From Octopus bimaculoides (Eukaryota): a stretch of 64,000 nucleotides of DNA. Shown piece after piece: positions 1 through 12,639 of the stretch. A program made the position numbers and the translations under genes. Each line of letters begins with the position of its first letter. The stretch's first letter is position 1. The stretch covers positions 53,371,478 to 53,435,477 of the forward strand of contig NC_068995.1 of assembly GCF_001194135.2 (NCBI RefSeq), in the 5' to 3' direction. Below the pieces are notes generated by a model. That model ran no database searches and was not told the DNA's origin. It saw nothing but the letters and a program-made list of their open reading frames with translations.

Positions 1-135
1 TTGTTAAAATAGTGATAAGAGTATCATTAAATGAATATACAAAATTCATTTAAGTGGTTTGTGTATAAAAATAAAATTGCTTAAAGAACAGATTACTCAG
101 AGACAACAGCTTTATAAAAAACAAACAATAATTTT

Positions 136-506
136 GTTACTACCTCCGCCTTTGCTAAGGTGGAGGTATTGTTTCAGTCATGTTTGTTTGCTTGTCTGTG
201 GACAAGATATCTCAAGAACCACTAGATGAATTTGGTTGAGACTTTCAGGGATGTTTGGCCTCGTGGCTGGCACAAACCGATTAGATGTTGGGATCAATCC
301 AGTACTGGACAAAGATTCTGGATTATTTTTCGTGTTTTTTTATTACTTAATTTTTGAGAGTGATCAGGTTCATTTTCATTATTCTCGTTTGTGAGAGCAG
401 TCGAGTTTATTTCAGATATTCTCATTTAAAAAATCATCTCTGACTAATCGTTGAGAGGATGTTGGTGTTGCCTTGGCAGAGTCTTGCACTCTATGAGTGC
501 TCTTGT
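136..506 (+). mobile_element. Helentron/Helitron-type non-autonomous element
   Basis: 5' hairpin TACCTCCGCCTT-tgct-AAGGTGGAGGTA, TTTG/TCTG microsatellite, 3' ggcagag followed by palindrome GCACTC-tat-GAGTGC. Confidence 0.65.
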
Positions 507-1284
507 TATTGTTATTAAGCTTTACATTCTGAATTCAAATTTGACCATAGTTGAGTTAGCCTTTCATCCTTTGAGTGTCGATAAAATAAGCACAACTCAA
601 GCACTAGAGTTGATATAATTGACTTCCTCATCTCTTCAAATACTGTTGGCCTTGTTGAAAACATTTGCCCGAGATACTGCGCAATGGAACTGAACTCAAA
701 ACCACATGGGTGCAAAGCAAACTTCTTAACCAGAAAGCTAAGCCTGCATCTAACATTGTTGTTTTATAGTTTCTTCCATAAACCACTTCCTGCTTTTTTC
801 CACTACAACACTCTTACGCATAAATAACTATCACCTGCCACACACACATTGTTCTGTAATGGTTTCTGTCAAATTTTTGCACTTTAGTAAACTTGAGGCA
901 ATTAAAATATCACGAAGAAACATACTTGTTACAAGGCCTGTCAAGTACACCACTTGAGTATTTTAGATTCAAACGCTGAGAGTAGGGTGGGTGGGCAGTA
1001 GGGTTGGTTTTTATGGTTCACATACACACACACACAATTGCACAAATACACACAAGAGCATGCATGTATGTATGAAGCTACAAACAAGAGGAAAAGGTAC
1101 TCAAGGCAGAAGTAATTTATGACTATTTATTGTAGTGGTATGATCATTCAATGTAGAATGTGTTTGCACATACATGCATACATTATATATACATATCTAT
1201 ATATATATATATAAAATAGGTTCCAATTATTGTTCTCTATGAAGACTGGTGGTTTTGTGATAATCTATAGCTGACAGGTAGTTT

Positions 1285-1425
1285 CAATACAGTGACAGTG
1301 TAGAGGAAGTGTAGTGGAAGTGTATTATCAGTGTAGTAGCAGCATAGTAGTGGCCAAGCAGTGTAGTGACAATGTAATGACAGTGTTATGGCAGTGTAAT
1401 GACTGTGAAATTGCAGTGTAAGGGG
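1285..1425. repeat. Degenerate ~10-nt (CAGTGTAGTG-like) tandem repeat
   Basis: Repeated cagtg/gtagtg units. Confidence 0.7.
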
Positions 1426-1955
1426 TAGAAATGATGATTTCATTATGAGTTATCCTCAGATCAGAAATCTGGTCCAAATGATTGCAATGGAATGGATTCC
1501 TCCAAAGGTGTCAAATGCATGCAGGGAATGGACTCTTCCAAAGGCACCTCATGGCATAAATATTTGATTACATTATTAAACAACATGCTAGAAATAACAA
1601 TTAAATTCTCTGAATAGTTGCTTACTTATTCTGCTAGAAATAGCAGCCAAACAACCCTGAAATCATATCTTACTATCTTAGAACATGAAGGACATACAAG
1701 ATGATGTAATCTTGATAAAAAAAAAACACTGCATAAAAAACAGGTTGGTTACGAGGATGCTTTTGATCATAAGTTGGTTCAATCTGGACTGATCTGGAAC
1801 TAAGCAGCAACAATAAGAACAACAACAGCAGATGGTTCCAAGATGGACATTTACAAGATGGAAGACTAAAGATTTACCAAGATTAAAGATAATGGTCTGT
1901 GAGTTATTTACATGGCCAGCATGAAGCAAGCTCTATTCAGATTTCTCATACTGAC

Positions 1956-2015
1956 CTTGTGAATATCTGACGTATCGTTAAATCTTCATCATCCTCTCCA
2001 GTTGCAACTAGATTC
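1956..2015 (-). CDS. Candidate 60-nt internal exon of an unidentified minus-strand gene (NLVATGEDDEDLTIRQIFT)
   Basis: On the minus strand: pyrimidine tract ending ccgtag, donor aag/gtcagt; only one frame (phase 2 to 2) is open. Confidence 0.5.
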
Positions 2016-2190
2016 CTACGGCAATGGTAAACAAGATAAAAATATTGGTGTAATGTAATCTTTTTGATTAGACATGTCTGAATCTTTCAGAATTATATCA
2101 GACACCATTTTAAGTTTAACATGTAATGTCTGAACATAGAATGTCTTTAAGCTCAACACAAGATGTTTTTTAAGTTTAACAAACAATACG

Positions 2191-2437
2191 TTTACCTTAT
2201 TTACCTTATTTACATTTCACGGATATTTGTCCGCATTTGGTTCGTTGTTAACACAACGTTTCGGCTGATATACCCTCCAGCCTTCATCAGGTGTCTTGGA
2301 GAAATTTCGAACCTGGGTTCTCATTCCTAAGGTATTTTTTGATGTTATTATTTTTATTATTACTATTATTATTATTATTATTATTGTTATTATTATTATT
2401 ATTATTCAGGTCACTGCTTGGAATCGATCTCGGAATT
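2191..2437 (-). mobile_element. tRNA-derived SINE family C (AAT-repeat body, hammerhead motif), 5'-truncated
   Basis: Reverse complement matches the copies at 29915, 50841 and 26753; B-box remnant, (AAT)n, CTGATGA...GAAA core, 9-nt tandem tail. Confidence 0.85.
2250..2295 (-). ncRNA. Minimal type I hammerhead ribozyme motif (Penelope-type), intact
   Basis: GACAC-CUGAUGA-A-GGCUG-gaggguauau-CAGCC-GAAA-CG-UU-GUGUU: stem I, core, stem II, palindromic AACGUU stem III, GUU triplet. Confidence 0.75.
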
Positions 2438-2639
2438 GTTGTCAGTGCCACTGGACTGGCTCCTGTGCAGGTGGCACGTAAAAAAACACCCCTTGAGCGT
2501 GGCTGTTGCCAGTACTGCCTAACTGGTCCCCAAGCCAGTGGCACGTGAAAGCACCCACTACACTCTTTGATTGTATGGAATAAAAGGAAATAAATAGAGA
2601 GAGAATGAAAGAAACCCGTGTTGAGTTCAGTCGTCCATC

Positions 2640-3052
2640 ATGGCGATTCTTTATTCTTTTACTTGCTTCAGTCATTTGACTATGGCCATGCTGGAGCACC
2701 ACCTTGAAGGATTTTAGTCAAACAATCGACCCCAGGATGTAATTCTGTAGCCTAGTACTTAGTCTATCAGTCTCTTTTGCTGAACCGCTAAGTTACGGGG
2801 AGGTAAACACTAACACCAGTTGACAAGCAGTGATGGGAGGTCAAACACAAACACAATGACACACACACATGGATATATACATATAAATATATATACGACA
2901 GGCTTCTTTCAGTTTCCATCTATCACATCCGTTCACAAGGCTTTGGTCAACCCGAGGCTATGGTAGAAGACACTTGTCCAAGGTGCCATGCAGTAGGACT
3001 GAACCCAGAACCATGTGGGTGAGAAGCAAGTTTCTTACCACACAGATATGCC
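2640..3052 (-). mobile_element. tRNA-derived SINE family A
   Basis: Reverse complement of head gtggtaag...ggttcagtccca, body ccttgtgagtggatttggtagac, tail cagcatggcc.cagtcaaatgactgaa. Confidence 0.85.
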
Positions 3053-3716
3053 TGTGCTATATATATATATATATGTCTATGGGTGTGTGTGTGAGTATGT
3101 ACGTGTATACATGTGTACATACATACACACACACACAAACATACATAAATAAACATGCACATACATATGTAGAATTATAACATTTTGCATTTAAATGCCA
3201 GAATAGAAAGAAACCAATGCAAGCAAGACATGCCAACCATTTCAGTTGATCTTTATCAAGAGAATTAGGAAATAAAATATCAGGAATGTCAATGTACCAT
3301 AAAGATAAGAAATATATGTTGGGCTTCAATCAGCATTTTTAATTTTTCCTCTCTATTAATGTTGTTAAAAAAAACCTTGTAGTCCTTTCTCGGTTCATTA
3401 ACCTATTCGTTACTGTATTTCTGGCCAAACATTGTTTATTTGTTTTAATTAATACTGAAGATAGTCAAGAAACTGGAGGAATTTGAGTAAAATGAAAATC
3501 TTTCTGCATTTGTGTAGGAATGTCATTGTTTCTGACTGAATAATTTTCATGCTTGCATGGGTCAGAATAGAATTTGCTGCAGCAGATATTCTACGACCAG
3601 ATGTCACTGGAAACAAACAAACTTGCTTGTATGATGATGATGATGATGAGGATGCTCATTTATAATCATCATGTAATGTCCAGATAAGAGTACACAAAAG
3701 CATATACACATACATA

Positions 3717-3978
3717 TTGGGTTGGTGCATAATTATTGTGTCTTTTTTTTCAACAAATTTTATTCAACAAAAACAATATTGAACAAAAACAATATTGAAC
3801 AAAAACATCTTTAAATGACGGTATGACCGTCTGCCAAGCAAATGGGAAGCAGTAATTGAAGTAGATGGTGAATATGCTTCACAATAATCATTTAAAGATG
3901 CTTTTGTTACATGTTGTCATTGTTTTTGTTGAATAAAATTTGTTGAAAAAAAGCCACAATAATTATGCACCAACCCAA
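3717..3978. mobile_element. Mariner-derived MITE with long TIRs and TA TSD
   Basis: TA-TTGGGTTGGTGCATAATTATTGTG ... CACAATAATTATGCACCAACCCAA-TA; the interior retains the transposase C-terminus DRLPSKWEAVIEVDGEYASQ*. Confidence 0.9.
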
Positions 3979-4679
3979 TANNNNNNNNNNNNNNNNNNNN
4001 NNNNNNNNNNNNNNNNNNNNNNNNNNNNNNNNNNNNNNNNNNNNNNNNNNNNNNNNNNNNNNNNNNNNNNNNNNNNNNNNNNNNNNNNNNNNNNNNNNNN
4101 NNNNNNNNNNNNNNNNNNNNNNNNNNNNNNNNNNNNNNNNNNNNNNNNNNNNNNNNNNNNNNNNNNNNNNNNNNNNNNNNNNNNNNNNNNNNNNATATAT
4201 CTATATATGTGTGTGTGTGTGAGTGTATATATATATATATATATATGTAGTGGCACAGGAACCAATCAGGTGGAATTGGTATCAACAACACTTGAATGGT
4301 GCCTTTTATGTAGCACTGGCATTGTGTCAGATGGCACAGATAATCACACCTCATGGAATATTGCTTATTACAGATGGAATCAACTTTAGGGCACTACTCA
4401 GAAAATGATCAATTATTTTATCTCTTCAAATCCTAGAGATAATATTTATTTGGTTTATTGAATTGTTTTATTGATTAGGAAATGATCTGCATGGCTGAAA
4501 GTAGATTCATTAATGAGCTGAGATTACACAGTGACAATTGATTTCACACTTTAATTAAAACAAATGTCTGCCACATCATGATGCATAATTAATAATGCTT
4601 TCTGTTAATTATAGTATCTCTATAATTGTATTGAAAAACTTAGATGATTTAATAATAACGACAACAATGTATAAGTGAT

Positions 4680-4830
4680 GGGCGTGGCTCTGTGGTAAGA
4701 AGCTTGCTTCCCAACCACATGGTTCTGAGTTCAGTACCACTGTTGGCACCTTGAGCAAGTGTTCTCTTGGGTGACCAAAGCCTTGTGAGTAGATTTGGTA
4801 GACAGAAACTGAATATATGTATATATCTAA

Positions 4831-4892
<62 letters not shown>

Positions 4893-5105
4893 ATGTATCT
4901 GTGTGGGAGTGTTTGTTCTCCCCACCAGCACCACCATCACTTGACAACTGATGTTGGTGCGTTTACATCCCTGAAACTTAGCAGTTCGGCAAAAGATATC
5001 AATAGAATAAGTACTAGGCTCACAAAGAATAAGTCCTGGGGTCGATTTGTTCAACTAAAGGCGGTACTCCAGCATGGCCACAGTCAAATGACTGAAACAA
5101 GTAAT
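4680..5105 (+). mobile_element. tRNA-derived SINE family A, full length, CpG-decayed
   Basis: A/B-box-like head ggctctgtggtaagaag...ctgagttcagt, internal (TA)n, same tail as the other family A copies. Confidence 0.88.
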
Positions 5106-5217
5106 AAAAAAAAAGAATATATATATTTAATTAATAAAACACATGTCAGAAAAGAACGACACTCTAAAGAACAGAACAGTAATTATTACAACAATAATAT
5201 CTTGGACATAGAGTTAC

Positions 5218-5268
5218 CAAAGGTTTCACATCCACAAAGCCAAAGCCTTGTGGACAGCTTGTCCGATT
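5218..5268 (-). CDS. Candidate 51-nt exon of an unidentified minus-strand gene
   Basis: On the minus strand: ttttttgtccttgtacag acceptor, gtaact donor; two open frames (NRTSCPQGFGFVDVKPL or SDKLSTRLWLCGCETF). Confidence 0.35.
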
Positions 5269-6695
5269 CTGTACAAGGACAAAAAATTTTTAAACTTTCT
5301 ACGTCAAGATTTCTAANNNNNNNNNNNNNNNNNNNNNNNNNNNNNNNNNNNNNNNNNNNNNNNNNNNNNNNNNNNNNNNNNNNNNNNNNNNNNNNNNNNN
5401 NNNNNNNNNNNNNNNNNNNNNNNNNNNNNNNNNNNNNNNNNNNNNNNNNNNNNNNNNNNNNNNNNNNNNNNNNNNNNNNNNNNNNNNNNNNNNNNNNNNN
5501 NNNNNNNNNNNNNNNNNNNNNNNNNNNNNNNNNNNNNNNNNNNNNNNNNNNNNNNNNNNNNNNNNNNNNNNNNNNNNNNNNNNNNNNNNNNNNNNNNNNN
5601 NNNNNNNNNNNNNNNNNNNNNNNNNNNNNNNNNNNNNNNNNNNNNNNNNNNNNNNNNNNNNNNNNNNNNNNNNNNNNNNNNNNNNNNNNNNNNNNNNNNN
5701 NNNNNNNNNNNNNNNNNNNNNNNNNNNNNNNNNNNNNNNNNNNNNNNNNNNNNNNNNNNNNNNNNNNNNNNNNNNNNNNNNNNNNNNNNNNNNNNNNNNN
5801 NNNNNNNNNNNNNNNNNNNNNNNNNNNNNNNNNNNNNNNNNNNNNNNNNNNNNNNNNNNNNNNNNNNNNNNNNNNNNNNNNNNNNNNNNNNNNNNNNNNN
5901 NNNNNNNNNNNNNNNNNNNNNNNNNNNNNNNNNNNNNNNNNNNNNNNNNNNNNNNNNNNNNNNNNNNNNNNNNNNNNNNNNNNNNNNNNNNNNNNNNNNN
6001 NNNNNNNNNNNNNNNNNNNNNNCTGCAGGCTGGCATTGGACCAAATGCTTAGTGGCATCTGTTCCAACTCTTTGGGTTCTGAGCTCAAATTCCACCAGGG
6101 TCAACTTTGAACAGGATAAACTATCCATATTTTGCAGAAAAATCTGTCATCGGTCAACCATGTGACTCGAACTCACTTTCCTGTGATTATGTGTCAAGTG
6201 ATTTACCATTAAGCTAAACTGCCCCAACGACAAATTCTTCAGCAAATGTAGGATATATAAATCTAGTTTTATAAGACATTATTGTAAGTTACATTGAAAG
6301 TCAACAAATTTGCTTAGAAGCGTTGATATGTATCTTTCAATACATCTCAATGCTTCTAAAGCAAACTTTGGTCGTTATATCAGAACTGACCTGGGTTAGA
6401 CAACAACATCAATCATCACATTAATTAGATTGCATATTTGTCATTAACTTGAAATGACTTGTTTTCTGTATCATTTTTCTGTCTCTTCCAGTTAACCACT
6501 TAATTAGTTCAATCAATCAAATCAACACAAAATAGAAATTACTAAATAACATTGGAGGCATTATTATATTAGATGCATTTAACCAAATCAACAGTCACAT
6601 TTTTGCACACCTCTGTTGCAGTTTGACATTGTTTTAATAAAAACTGTTGCTATTAAATAGCAATAATTAATTTTGTGCATATGCAAATAATCATG

Positions 6696-6912
6696 TATGA
6701 GAGGGTGCTGAAAAGTCCCTGGCTTTAAGGGTATCGCAAAAGGCTTGGTTGAGGCCCAACCTTCCAAGTTCTTTTACAGGGCTTAGAAAAACTGAAGGAC
6801 CCCCTGCAATAAGTGTGTGAATCTGAGAGGGGAATATGTTGAATAAAACCATAACTAACCCTCCTGTATTTTCTTTTACCCAAAGCCAGAAACTTTTTAC
6901 CTTCCCCTCATA
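6696..6912. mobile_element. Second mariner-derived MITE
   Basis: Imperfect TIRs tatgagagggtgctgaaaagtccctggcttt / aaagccagaaactttttaccttcccctcata; interior GLEKLK..NKCVNLRGEYVE* is a mariner C-terminus. Confidence 0.8.
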
Positions 6913-7444
6913 AATCATTAATTAGGAGTAATTTTTGTAGACTAGGTGTGGACTCTATTGAGATGTTTTGAAATATTCTGAAGCTGTTTGTTTGAAGTTC
7001 TATGAAGTCTGGCAATCTATTCTCCTCTCGGTAATCAATCTTTTCTGCCAGTTCACCTGAAATTAAGCCGAATATTATCTTTAGATGTTCTAGTTGTTTG
7101 TAAGATATCAGCTCTATAATAGGTTAATCTCATAATTATAGAGAACGAGAAGAACTTTGTTGATTTAATAGGTTAATGTTATTTACAGCTCAGATGTAAT
7201 ATCTCTATTCTCCAGGGTCCTTCTTCTTGTTACATTCTATAGACAAACTACAGATCTTCAGTGGATGTAAAGAAGAGATACACACACACACTTAAAGATA
7301 TATTTGTGTGTGTGTGTTATTCATTATACAAAGAAAGAAATAGCACTCGATTTAAAGATTATGTCTGTGTCTGTAGGCACACACGACACACCCCTAGAGT
7401 GCTGGATTAACCATTAAGCAAATTAAGCACGTACTTAGGACGTG

Positions 7445-7765
7445 GGGAGAGTGTCTTCTACTATAGTCTCAGGCCAACCAAAGCCTTGTGAGTGGATTTG
7501 GTAGACGGAAAACTGAAAGAAGCCCGTCGTATATATATTTATAAATGTGTGTGTGTGGGGGGGGGGGAGTGTGTTTCACCACTTCCCGACAACCAGTGCT
7601 GGTGTGTTTGCGCCCTTATAACTTAGCGGTTCAGCAAAAGAGAACGATAGAATAATTACTAGGCTTAAAAAATGAATAACTCCTGCAGTCGATTTGTTCG
7701 ACTAAAACCCTTCGAGGCGGTGCTCCAGCATGGCCGCAGTCAAATGACTGAAACAAATGAAAGAA
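7445..7765 (+). mobile_element. SINE family A, 5'-truncated, CpGs retained
   Basis: ggtagacgg...gcccgtcg...ttagcggtt...ggccgcagtcaaatgactgaaac. Confidence 0.85.
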
Positions 7766-8569
7766 AGAACATACGAACACACACACAGAATTAATAAACT
7801 ATTTACACATATGCTCCCGCCCCCGCTCAAATAAAACCCTTTGTAAAAATTGGCGATGTGTGTTTAAGACTTTTGTTAGTATTGGAGCAATGGTGTAGGC
7901 CTTATCTCCTGATTCAGAAAAAAAAAAAAAATAATAACAATAATCTGCAATGATTTATGAGCGGGAGCCGAATAGCTATTGATAACAAGGAATGCGTCTC
8001 CGTCAGCCAGTCACAAGACAATGACAACTTATTTAATTCCCTGCAACACCCATCTACTTTACAAACAGTTTCTTCCTCACACAACAAGTGTCCTGCATAA
8101 TAAATTACTTTCAAGCCGCGCGCGCGTGTGTATGTATGTGTGTCATTAAACACAATAGCAAAAACGAATGCTCGTATTCTTAGCAATTGTTATTGCTGTA
8201 CTACATCACATCAGCCTCGTTTCTTCGTTGTAGTCTACAGCGTGATTCAGAAGCCCTTCTTGGCATTTAAATGATATATACAATTTATATTTTGTTACAG
8301 TTTTGTTTTGGTAGATTATTATGACAGTCTTTATAATGTTGCTGTACCTAAATCCACACACGTGACTTCGGATTCTGTCCCACTGTGTGACCCCCATTAG
8401 CAGTCCTTTGTTACAACCCGGGGATGATCAAAACCCCGTGATAGGTTGACGGAAACTGGAAGATGTCTCTTATAAACCATAAAATCAGGAGGCAGCAGAG
8501 TGAATATATTTGGCGGAGGTAACCTCCGCCTATCTCTCTCTCTCTCTGTATACACACACACACACACAC

Positions 8570-8623
<54 letters not shown>

Positions 8624-9059
8624 ATGTACCTTGTAGCTACAGGCAAATACCAAAATGTATTCTAATCGAAATAAGCGAAAAGGAGATTAGAAACACGAGG
8701 GTCCCATTAAGTACCCCTGACTATTTTCTTTCTCCACCCCTCATCGCCATTGTTACAACCCACTTCAGCCCCTCACTAACTGCTATGCTCAGTCTTTTCC
8801 TCTCCAGTACATCGACCCTTGGGCAGTAGTGCAGCTAGGGAGTGGAGGTGGGGTGGAGGCGATTGGTGGGTAGTGTTGGAGTCCGCCCTGGGTGCCGTTT
8901 TGATGGAGCCAGAACTTTTAGGCCTGCTTTATAAGCCTGCTTCAGGGGTTGGGGCAGAGTGGAGCACAGGTTAACATTTCCCCCCCTCCTTCTCTATATG
9001 CCGAGTCTGGGTGAAGAGGCAATGACTCCATCTTTGACCTTTGAAAAGCCGTTTGTGGT

Positions 9060-9420
9060 CGGTGAGCTTGATATCGTTAAATGTTCTATTTAAATTGTTG
9101 TAGGACAACACTTGCAGGAAAGCCATGAGCAGAGAAAAGATGCCAGAGGGCCGATGTTCTGGAAGGTAAGACTGGGCATATTGATTAGTACAGGGCTAGA
9201 TGGGGGTAGATGTAACTAGGGTGATGAGAGGTGGAGATGGAGAGGCGAGTGGTGGAGGTACTTTCTGGCCCCATAGAAAAGAGCCAGTCTTTGGGATACG
9301 GTTCTAGTTATGCTCAGTGTATGCTTTTGCCATGAGAGATCGTCGCTGATAGCGAGGCCCAACATTTAGAGCATCTGTGAGGGCTCTTGTTGAGTCCTGC
9401 TGATGTTTAGTGTAGGAAAC
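9060..9420 (-). pseudogene. Degenerate CR1/L2-like LINE reverse transcriptase C-terminal fragment
   Basis: Minus-strand translation LGLAISDDLSWQKHTLSITRTVSQRLALFYGARKYL matches the LG..I...LSW..H pattern; stops and frameshifts present. Confidence 0.7.
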
Positions 9421-12400
9421 AAATTTGGCGCTCATGGTCGAGAAGAAAACAACTTTGTGCTATTGTTAATCATTCTTCATTCGAACAAAGAAAATAGATT
9501 CGACCACCCGTGAAAGGACAAAATATCATCTATACTGTTTCATCTAATGGAAAAAAAAATCTTGTAGAAAATAGAGGAATAATTAAAATAGAGCTCCAAG
9601 TTCTATGCTAATGGTTTAGGAAAATCTTTCGGAGAAACATAAATGGTGAGATATTCTCCACAGAATTCTTCATTGCGTAAATTTTTAGCAACTCAAAAAA
9701 TCTTGCATTGCATGTTCAAAAGGAATCACATAGCCATAAAGGAGAAAGCAACTGCTGAGAAATTCTTTTAGATGCGGTGTTATTAAAATTATCAGGAAAC
9801 TTTGATCCGCTAATAATAATAATAATAATAATAAAAATACTAAAACCAACACAATCGCTGCAATGTGGCATAGAACTGAAGAAAAATATCCATATTTATG
9901 TCAGTTAGTGTAGAATTATTGTATTAAGTTGAAGGCTTCAACTGTTCACCAGATATTACTACTTAATATTCATAAGGTCAAATATTTTGACCCCTGTGTT
10001 TGATTCAACTGCAAATAAAGCACATCAATAGAAATAGCATAAACAGTTGTTATGTTGATATTGATTTTAAGAAAACAATTTTATAAAAGAGTCTTTTCTT
10101 GGATTTATCCAATGAAAACGAAAGGATGCTGAAAATATAGTGAAAGATTGGAACAACTGGCGACGGCGGCGAAATGGCAGAATCGTTAGAGCGTAAAGCA
10201 AAATGTTTTGCTTTACTTATAACCACACTTGAAGTTCAAATTACACTGGGGTCAACTTTGATTTTCATCTTTTCAGGGTCGATAAAATAAAGTACAAATT
10301 AACGACAATGTGGTGGTGGAACTGTTAGAATGTCAGACGAGATGCCTTGTGGTATTTGCTTTGACTCTTTGAGGAGTTTTGAACTCATGTAGGAACCGAC
10401 TTAAATCGGCGCTCGTTTTAGCACCACCACTTGGTTCTGTATGCTTTTAGAGGAGTACATGCTGTGGCCAGCTTTGGGGTTAGATTTTCGGTTCGAGCAT
10501 AACTTCGTCCTTTCCTTCTAACAGTCATAAAAGAAAGAAAAGTAGAAAAAAAAATTCCGAGTCATGAGCGTTGCACCTCCATTCCTGACTAAACTGTAAC
10601 CCCCACCTCCCAAACTTAAAAGACGAAACCCTTTAGAAGCGGTCGATCTAATTTTTATGCCAATGACGAAGTGTTGCCTGGTTATTAAAGTGGTGTTCAA
10701 TAGAAAATTAAAACAAAAAAAAAAGGAAAAACAAAACAAAGGTATTTTTACAAGTATCGATAATTATTCTTTCAATTTCGTTGGAATTTGTGTTGCTAAC
10801 CACAATGTATCGATAATAACTTATTTCGGTGTAGTTCATAGTGGCATAGCTAAACTGTGTGCTACCCCAGGAGCTTGTCACTCCATCAGGTCCCCAGCCC
10901 TGCACAAGCAGACCCAAATATACTGCTTTCATAAAAGCGTCACTCGAACCAAAGTGTCGCCCGGAGCGGACCCTCTCCTGTCTCCACCATCAACCATATT
11001 ACCGGCAATTCAATTGCTTTATTCATCTCGTTTTTTTTTTCGGTCTAACTTTTCATTAACAAATGCCGAATTTTTTTATCAGGACGTTACTAACATTTTG
11101 GAAGAAGTTTTTTTTTTCTAGTGTGTGCAAACGCTTTCGATTAATCTTTTCAAGCACACATGTTTCTTTCAGTTTCCGTCTACCAAATCTACTCACAAGG
11201 CTTTAGTTGACGGAAACCGTAGTAGAAGACTATACCACGCAGTGGGACTAAACCCAAAATCTTGTTTTGGGGCAGTAAACTTCTTACCCACACAGCCACT
11301 CCCGAATATCTTGATATCACAGCGAAATTTTGAGCAAAGCATGCATGGTTGACGATTAAAATCAAACCAACGATACAAAAGCTAATACAAGGCAGGCGCT
11401 GAATTTAATCACGACTTTTAATCTCTGTGTTGCTGGGATGTTAAAATATAATTCCTATTTGATGGACTGGGTTGAAAAAATGATTACATGATACTACCAA
11501 GAACTTGTATTTAAAACCCTTTAAAGACTTTTTTTAAGCAGCCGGAAATGATTGATCCATGATTCTTTTGAAGCTGGGTTGAAAGTATTCGATCAATGGG
11601 ATGTTCAAACGGAAAGACACCGGAGGAAGAAGGTACAAAGAATGAATGAAAGTGCTAAGGGATGGGGGACGGAAGGGCAGGTGCTCCCCCCATCAAGGAG
11701 AGAAGTGCGCCCTTCAAAATCATGTTATTACGCTCTTTTCTCCTGGGATCGTATTCCCTTCTGACTTTGTGCCCTCCCTTTGAAAAAATTCCTGGGACCG
11801 GCCCTGCTACGAATGGAGAAATAATGGAAGAAACTGTTTCGTTTGCAAGATTCGAATGTGAAACTTGTTCAGCTACCAGCTCAGGCTCTGATGCTCGCCA
11901 AGCCCTAGCGTTGCTAGAGTGTATGCCGCCCGGGTGGCCTTTTCATTTGCCACCCCCGAACCCCACAAAAAACGCATATTGCTTACAACAAACCCAAAAG
12001 TGCCGCCCGNNNNNNNNNNNNNNNNNNNNNNNNNNNNNNNNNNNNNNNNNNNNNNNNNNNNNNNNNNNNNNNNNNNNNNNNNNNNNNNNNNNNNNNNNNN
12101 NNNNNNNNNNNNNNNNNNNNNNNNNNNNNNNNNNNNNNNNNNNNNNNNNNNNNNNNNNNNNNNNNNNNNNNNNNNNNNNNNNNNNNNNNNNNNNNNNNNN
12201 NNNNNNNNNNNNNNNNNNNNNNNNNNNNNNNNNNNNNNNNNNNNNNNNNNNNNNNNNNNNNNNNNNNNNNNNNNNNNNNNNNNNNNNNNNNNNNNNNNNN
12301 NNNNNNNNNNNNNNNNNNNNNNNNNNNNNNNNNNNNNNNNNNNNNNNNNNNNNNNNNNNNNNNNNNNNNNNNNNNNNNNNNNNNNNNNNNNNNNNNNNNN

Positions 12401-12639
12401 NNNNNNNNNNNNNNNNNNNNNNNNNNNNNNNNNNNNNNNNNNNNNNNNNNNNNNNNNNNNNNNNNNNNNNNNNNNNNNNNNNNNNNNNNNNNNNNNNNNN
12501 NNNNNNNNNNNNNNNNNNNNNNNNNNNNNNNNNNNNNNNNNNNNNCACATATATATATATATATATATATATAAATCAGAGATGGTATCAGACGCGTCAA
12601 AATGAAATTAACATACATACACACATCTTATATAACTTT

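Noticed and set aside
1465-1545. Minus-strand PLEESIP peptide duplicated before a stop
   Set aside because: An 18-nt direct repeat in a 40-codon frame with no clear splice acceptor; insufficient evidence of coding.
1678-1929. Cys-rich 83-aa ORF
   Set aside because: The Cys run comes from a GTT/GCT repeat at the start of a dispersed repeat also seen near 29340 and 43545.
4767-6128. Long ORFs of 200-450 aa in the track (also about 11.7-12.7 kb, 19.5-20.2 kb, 24.4-25.3 kb, 50.0-50.4 kb)
   Set aside because: They are open only because they run through N-gaps and (TA)n tracts.
6140-6232. tRNA gene on the minus strand
   Set aside because: A- and B-box-like motifs are present but no convincing cloverleaf; more likely a decayed tRNA-derived SINE head.
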